From positions 6,023 to 70,022 of the forward strand of contig JAVZSS010000001.1 in assembly GCA_044343155.1 (NCBI GenBank): a stretch of 64,000 bases of DNA. Reading direction: 5' to 3'. Both the position numbers and the translations under genes were made by a program. Below the pieces are notes generated by a model. That model worked only from the letters and a program-made list of their open reading frames with translations, searched no databases and was not told where the DNA came from. Source of the stretch: Candidatus Aenigmatarchaeota archaeon (GTDB lineage Archaea; Aenigmatarchaeota; Aenigmatarchaeia; CG10238-14; SpSt-28). How positions within the stretch are numbered: the stretch's first letter is position 1; each line of letters opens with the position of its first letter. Below, in pieces: positions 59,253-64,000 of the stretch.

Positions 59253-61178
59253 AGCAAAAATCTTGTATTCTTTTCCTAAGCTACTTTTATAATTTACTCT
59301 TAATTTTTTTTCTTTAAACTCGATAGAAATAGTAACCATATCGTCCCCTATTCTTATAGTTCTTACAAAATTTCCTTCAATTTTTGGAGAAACCTTAATA
59401 ACTTTCGAAATTGCATCATATTCTAAACCTAACAATCCTTCGTCTATCGCTTTTATTATCATCGCAGAACTCCATAGTTGAATAAAAGCGCTTTCTTCTT
59501 TACCTATTGGTTTTTCTACTATTAAATCTCCGTTTTCTGAATTCCACACTTCTGGGATTGAAGAAATAGCCAAAGAATTGCACTTATTATAAATTCTTCT
59601 CAAATTCTCCAAAGCTCTTTCTATTCTTCCTACTTTAAATTCAAGAAATGATAATAAAGCTAATAAGTGAGACCAACTAGCCCCTTTGTGATAAGATGCA
59701 GGACTGTATTCTTTAGAATTTTTTGGCAATGTAGATAAACCTACATCTGTAAGAAAAGTTTCTTCTAACTTAATAACGAAATCTTTCTTTAAAGGAATAA
59801 CTTCAGCTAAAGGTAAAAATATCTGATTAATTGATGTATATTCTTTATCAAGAACGTCTAAATAATACTCATCCTTTCTAAAGTATTTAGCTATGTTTTT
59901 CTTAAGAATTTTCTTCGCTTGCTCTATCTCTTTTAAAATTTCTTTTTCTTCTATCAAGCTAAAAATTTTTGACATACAATCTAAAGCATAATACCAAAAT
60001 GCTTGAACTTCTAAACAATAGCCTTCTCTTTCTAAGGAGTCCATCCAAGTTGAATTTTTATTAGAATAAATGAAGCCATTTTCGTTTTTATTTTTTTGGT
60101 AAAATCTGAAAATTTCTATTAGTTTTTCTTTAATTTCTTCAATAAGAAAAACTTTTCCAGTCTTTATTATGTATTTGTAAAGAGCTATTACAAACAATGG
60201 AGTTGAATCTGAAGAATTGTAATCTATATAATCTTTAGCAATAAAGTTTGGAATCATTCCATTTTTCAAATTCTTGGCAAACAATAAAATGGTGTTTTTA
60301 GCTGCATCTTCATCAAAAATATAACTCCAAATTGCTAGAAAAGAATCTCTACTCCAAACTTGAGTAAACCATGGATAGCCAGCTACAAATACTCTTTTAT
60401 CTTCGAACTCAACAATATTCTTCTTCATATTGAGAATTGCTATTTTGAAAAGTTCATTTAAGTAATTAATATCACTAGAAAACATGTTTTCTTTTAAAAC
60501 TTTTTCATATACTTCTCTTTTCTCTTTTTCTAAATTTTCCACATTTTTTATTATAGTCTCTACTTCAAAAACCTCCAAATTTATAGCAAAAGCAAAATAT
60601 AATACCTTAACTTCTTTGCCTTCAAGATACAAATTAATCAAAAAATTTTTCGTAACAAAACACCTTTGTGGCTCATTACTAGGATAATGTGTTTTATAAA
60701 AGTGATAACCAATAAATTCTCCTTGATGACTTGAGTAAAATATTACCTTTCCTTTTTCGCATTTAGCAACATAATAGTTGTTTCTATAACTTATTTCATA
60801 CTCTCTCTCATTCCAATTTTCATTCCAATCTCTTATGTTTAAGGCTGTTTCTAATTCTATTTTAACATTCTCTTTATTTTCATTTTTGTTTTCAATTCTA
60901 AGTTTTATAATCAAACATCTTTCTTTTTCTGGAACAAATAGTGTTTCTTCAATTTTTAAATTTTGAGTTTCATAAAAATGTTTAAATTTTTCTAGATCTT
61001 CTTCAACAGCTTTTTGAATAGAAGGTAGCCAAACATCGTTTATCTTTATCGCATAATATTCCAAAAACTTTCTACTCAAAGACCACAACCCATTCCATTT
61101 GGATTTAAAACCACAATCTGTGAATCTGTTAAAAAAACATTTTTCTCCAACAAGAAAATAAATTTTGCTATCGTTCAT
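59238..61178 (-). CDS. Glycogen debranching enzyme (amylo-alpha-1,6-glucosidase, GDE_C family)
   Basis: 646 aa; VAGYPWFTQVWSRDSFLAIW catalytic-domain motif. Confidence 0.7.
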   Translation of the reverse strand: MNDSKIYFLVGEKCFFNRFTDCGFKSKWNGLWSLSRKFLEYYAIKINDVWLPSIQKAVEEDLEKFKHFYETQNLKIEETLFVPEKERCLIIKLRIENKNENKENVKIELETALNIRDWNENWNEREYEISYRNNYYVAKCEKGKVIFYSSHQGEFIGYHFYKTHYPSNEPQRCFVTKNFLINLYLEGKEVKVLYFAFAINLEVFEVETIIKNVENLEKEKREVYEKVLKENMFSSDINYLNELFKIAILNMKKNIVEFEDKRVFVAGYPWFTQVWSRDSFLAIWSYIFDEDAAKNTILLFAKNLKNGMIPNFIAKDYIDYNSSDSTPLFVIALYKYIIKTGKVFLIEEIKEKLIEIFRFYQKNKNENGFIYSNKNSTWMDSLEREGYCLEVQAFWYYALDCMSKIFSLIEEKEILKEIEQAKKILKKNIAKYFRKDEYYLDVLDKEYTSINQIFLPLAEVIPLKKDFVIKLEETFLTDVGLSTLPKNSKEYSPASYHKGASWSHLLALLSFLEFKVGRIERALENLRRIYNKCNSLAISSIPEVWNSENGDLIVEKPIGKEESAFIQLWSSAMIIKAIDEGLLGLEYDAISKVIKVSPKIEGNFVRTIRIGDDMVTISIEFKEKKLRVNYKSSLGKEYKIFALEEI

Positions 61179-61224
61179 TTATAAATTTTATGCTGTTCTT
61201 TAAATTGCTTTATTAAATTATTTT

Positions 61225-61566
61225 ATGTTAAAGCAAGTTATAATAGTAAGAAAGGATTTAGATTGGAGCAAAGGTAAGCTAGCTGCACATGTAGCTCATG
61301 CTAGTTTAGAAGCAGCCCTAAATGTTGATAAAGAATTATTAGAAAAATGGAGAAGGTCTGGTGCAAAAAAAGTTGTTCTTAAAGTTAAAGATCTAAAAGA
61401 GTTGAGAAAAATAGAAAAAGAGTTGAGAAAAGAAAAGATAAGTTATGTAAAAATTTCCGATGCTGGATTAACTCAATTAAGAAAGGGAACTATAACTTGT
61501 ATAGGAATTGGACCTATAGAAGAAAAAAGAATTGATAAAATAACTGGGGATTTAAGTCTCTTGTGA
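61225..61566 (+). CDS. pth2: Peptidyl-tRNA hydrolase, archaeal PTH2
   Basis: 113 aa; IVRKDLDWSKGKLAAHVAHAS signature. Confidence 0.85.
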   Translation: MLKQVIIVRKDLDWSKGKLAAHVAHASLEAALNVDKELLEKWRRSGAKKVVLKVKDLKELRKIEKELRKEKISYVKISDAGLTQLRKGTITCIGIGPIEEKRIDKITGDLSLL

Positions 61567-62031
61567 AAGTTTATTTTTCAATAGTATAGCCAATGCACTT
61601 TTTATTACGTTTATTTGATCTTCTCTGGGGATATAAAAGTATATAGTGCGCTCGAGCATCCTTCTTACGACATTATAAATATATAGTATTGCATCTGAAT
61701 AACCTACTAGATAACAGTAAATAGCCAGCTGATATTTTCCTTTTCTTTTTTGAAAATCCAGATTCTCTTTAAATCTATAAGTCTTAAGCTCTTCCACAAC
61801 CCTTCTTTCTCTATCTACTCTGTCAGGAGACCCGTAAATTCTAACTCTAAAACCACCATATTCTATTATAGATTCATAAAGTTCACTACCATAAAATTCC
61901 AAAATTTGATGATAGTATTTTCCATTTTCATTTTTTTTGTAGTTTCTTTTTTTGTTTTTTATACTATTTTCACTTTCCACTAAAGCATTAACCAGCCTAG
62001 TTACAGAACAGGAAAAATCAAAATCTTTCAT
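61552..62031 (-). CDS. PD-(D/E)xK (RecB/Cas4-like) nuclease-fold protein
   Basis: 159 aa; GSPDRVD..VVEELKT (D...E-x-K) then QLAIY (QxxxY); no Cas4-type Cys cluster. Confidence 0.4.
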   Translation of the reverse strand: MKDFDFSCSVTRLVNALVESENSIKNKKRNYKKNENGKYYHQILEFYGSELYESIIEYGGFRVRIYGSPDRVDRERRVVEELKTYRFKENLDFQKRKGKYQLAIYCYLVGYSDAILYIYNVVRRMLERTIYFYIPREDQINVIKSALAILLKNKLSQET

Positions 62032-62062
62032 TTTTTATTAAGCTAGAAAAATCTTAAATATT

Positions 62063-62653
62063 TTATATTCTTATTCCTAAAACTGTCATAATAAATTTTG
62101 TTGTTGCTAAATCTAACTCTCTTAAACTTCTTCCAGAAATGAAAACAGTGTAATTTTCTAATCTTACTAAAGTTTCATTTGCTATTGCTGGTGGTATTAT
62201 ATATATTACAGGATTTGTAGAATTTCCTTTTAACTCTAAAATATCTGAAACCTCTTTTCCCTTTACTTCAACTGATAAACCATTTAAAGTGTAAAAACTT
62301 ACTAATTTAAACGTTATTTCATAAGCTTCTACTCCAATATAATGAGTTTCGTTTGTCGTGTTTAATATAGCTATTGTTATTCTATTCAAATTTTTATTCC
62401 AAAAAACATCTTTTATAATTTCTTCATTAGGATAAACCTCTATATTTTTCGCTAATCTTAAATCTGCTCTAAACTCCATTGGAATATTAAAGTAAACTAT
62501 TTTTGTAACCGGTTGAAGAGATTTATACCAACTATATATTTGTGGTAGACAAAAATCAATAATAAAAAGTGCAAATATTAGAACAGATATCAATATTATT
62601 TTCTTAATATCAAGGCTTATTTTAACGTCTTCTATTTTCTTTCTTTGTCTCAT
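62063..62653 (-). CDS. Membrane-anchored hypothetical protein
   Basis: 196 aa; N-terminal TM anchor. Confidence 0.3.
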   Translation of the reverse strand: MRQRKKIEDVKISLDIKKIILISVLIFALFIIDFCLPQIYSWYKSLQPVTKIVYFNIPMEFRADLRLAKNIEVYPNEEIIKDVFWNKNLNRITIAILNTTNETHYIGVEAYEITFKLVSFYTLNGLSVEVKGKEVSDILELKGNSTNPVIYIIPPAIANETLVRLENYTVFISGRSLRELDLATTKFIMTVLGIRI

Positions 62654-62666
62654 AAATTTATTTTAT

Positions 62667-63326
62667 TCAATCAATAAATTCTTTTAATTGAATCTCATTA
62701 TAAAATCCTTCAAGCTTTACTTTTTCATTTATTATGATTGTGGGAAGATAATTTACAGAAAAATATTGTTTAAGTGTTGAAACTATTCCTAACTTAGAAT
62801 CCGCATCTATAGCAAAAATCATATATTTTTCCGGATTTTTCCTCTTTAACCTATCTAAAATTATACCTTGCGCTATACAGTCGTCACATCTGTATAAAGA
62901 TGTGTAGAAAAACAAAATAGTAGTTACATTATAATTACATTTTTCTCTCAAGTTTTTCATATGTAACCAAAGCTGAAGGTTTGTTAAAAAATATTTTTGT
63001 TTCAATATCTCCAAATCATAAGATTTTAGTTTAGTAGTTTCTTTAAAAGTTTCTAAGTAACTACCTAATTTACCAGCTTCTTCTGCTAATTTTGTAGTTT
63101 TTTCATTATATATCTCACAAATTTTTTCATTTTCAATTTCAAAAGATTTGAAAAATAATTCTTCTAGCATTAGATTTGAAAAATCTATTTGAAACTCTTC
63201 TAATTTTGACGCAAAAAAACCTATTCTTATTGAGTCCAAATAAATACCTATTCCTATACCTACTACAAAAACTAAAATTGTTAAAAGTGCTGCTTTTAAA
63301 TAAATTTTGGTGTCTATCTTTCCCAT
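62667..63326 (-). CDS. Membrane-anchored thioredoxin-like protein (CDDC)
   Basis: 219 aa; N-terminal TM; single C-x-x-C (CDDC) motif. Confidence 0.3.
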   Translation of the reverse strand: MGKIDTKIYLKAALLTILVFVVGIGIGIYLDSIRIGFFASKLEEFQIDFSNLMLEELFFKSFEIENEKICEIYNEKTTKLAEEAGKLGSYLETFKETTKLKSYDLEILKQKYFLTNLQLWLHMKNLREKCNYNVTTILFFYTSLYRCDDCIAQGIILDRLKRKNPEKYMIFAIDADSKLGIVSTLKQYFSVNYLPTIIINEKVKLEGFYNEIQLKEFID

Positions 63327-64000
63327 TTTGTTTTCGCCCTTAAAATTTCTTTAATTATACTCAAAAACCAACTGTAAGCTAATACAAAAGGATAGATAAA
63401 TATTTGTACTAGGTAAGAAAATAAATTTTTCACAAAATTTTTTTCTTTACTCATTATTAGACTTAGATAAAAAATATAAGCGTACAAAATTATGTTTGCC
63501 AACCAAAACACATTAGAAACTGTTGTATATAATATTGGTGAGTCTAAATTTCTTAGATCTATTTCTGGTATTTCTATCCCTGTTTTGAAATATATAGAAT
63601 ACAAATCTAAAACAATTCTATAAATTGAATAAACCAAAGAAGAAATATTTATGAAAAGTAATCCAACAAAAACTACATATAATGGTAATGTGTAAACTCC
63701 TAAATTTCCAAATTTTGGATTAAAAAACATTTCCTTATATTCTCTAGATGTTATTATAAATCCTCTATACCACCTAACTCTTTGCCTTATTAGTCTTTTA
63801 AAAGTTTCTGGAGTTTTTGTATAAACTATTGAATTTAAACATGTTTCAATCTTATATCCAGCTTTTTGTAACCTGAATGTTAATTCCATATCTTCAGTTA
63901 TATTTTTTTCGTCCCAACCACCAACTCTTTCTAATGCTTCCTTTCTATATAGCCCAAAAGGTCCTGGAACCACAAAAACTGAATCCATTAAAGCCAAAAC
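63314..64000 (-). CDS. GT2-family glycosyltransferase, C-terminal part (gene continues past window end)
   Basis: TEDMELTFR and QRVRWYRG (Q-x-x-R-W) motifs of processive GT2 enzymes, followed by TM helices; N-terminus outside window. Confidence 0.7.
   Translation of the reverse strand, partial: VLALMDSVFVVPGPFGLYRKEALERVGGWDEKNITEDMELTFRLQKAGYKIETCLNSIVYTKTPETFKRLIRQRVRWYRGFIITSREYKEMFFNPKFGNLGVYTLPLYVVFVGLLFINISSLVYSIYRIVLDLYSIYFKTGIEIPEIDLRNLDSPILYTTVSNVFWLANIILYAYIFYLSLIMSKEKNFVKNLFSYLVQIFIYPFVLAYSWFLSIIKEILRAKTKWER

Noticed and set aside
1-64000. CRISPR arrays
   Set aside because: No regularly spaced direct repeats of 24-40 bp with unique spacers found on visual scan; the only phased repeats are the three 7-bp boxes at 31378..31406.

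Overview
AT-rich archaeal chromosomal segment (estimated well under 35% GC). Several tRNA genes carry introns, and 5S rRNA sits apart from the other rRNAs. The lineage cannot be named from sequence alone. Coding density is high. The backbone is housekeeping: the Sdo1 / proteasome-alpha / Pop5 end of the exosome superoperon, prefoldin-FtsY-SRP54, TrmY-Pus10, L21e-Rpo4-DUF655, L15e, RNase P p30, TyrRS, Pth2 and UMP kinase. Lower glycolysis is present (PfkB kinase, class I aldolase, TIM, PGK, cupin PGI). Alpha-glucan (glycogen) metabolism is unusually dense: three glycogen-synthase-like glycosyltransferases, two GH57 enzymes, a debranching enzyme, PGM and a sugar-1-P nucleotidyltransferase. The most notable feature is a roughly 10 kb integrated element (23401..33483) inserted at the 3' end of tRNA-Asp(GTC). 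A 16-bp direct repeat of the tRNA 3' end flanks it. It carries an intact tyrosine integrase, ArsR- and AbrB-type regulators, a 650-aa putative replication NTPase, zinc-finger proteins, two paralogous secreted proteins and a Cys-rich membrane-anchored surface protein. Other notable items: a PEP synthase interrupted by a 514-aa LAGLIDADG intein with a Ser nucleophile; a Hef (FANCM/XPF-like) homolog encoded as separate helicase and nuclease genes next to a YqgF/DUF460-like nuclease; a minimal exosortase/archaeosortase-like membrane protein; a T4-endoV-like pyrimidine-dimer glycosylase; a presenilin-like intramembrane protease; and a second, compositionally atypical GT4+GH57 pair next to tRNA-Ala. 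No CRISPR array was seen.
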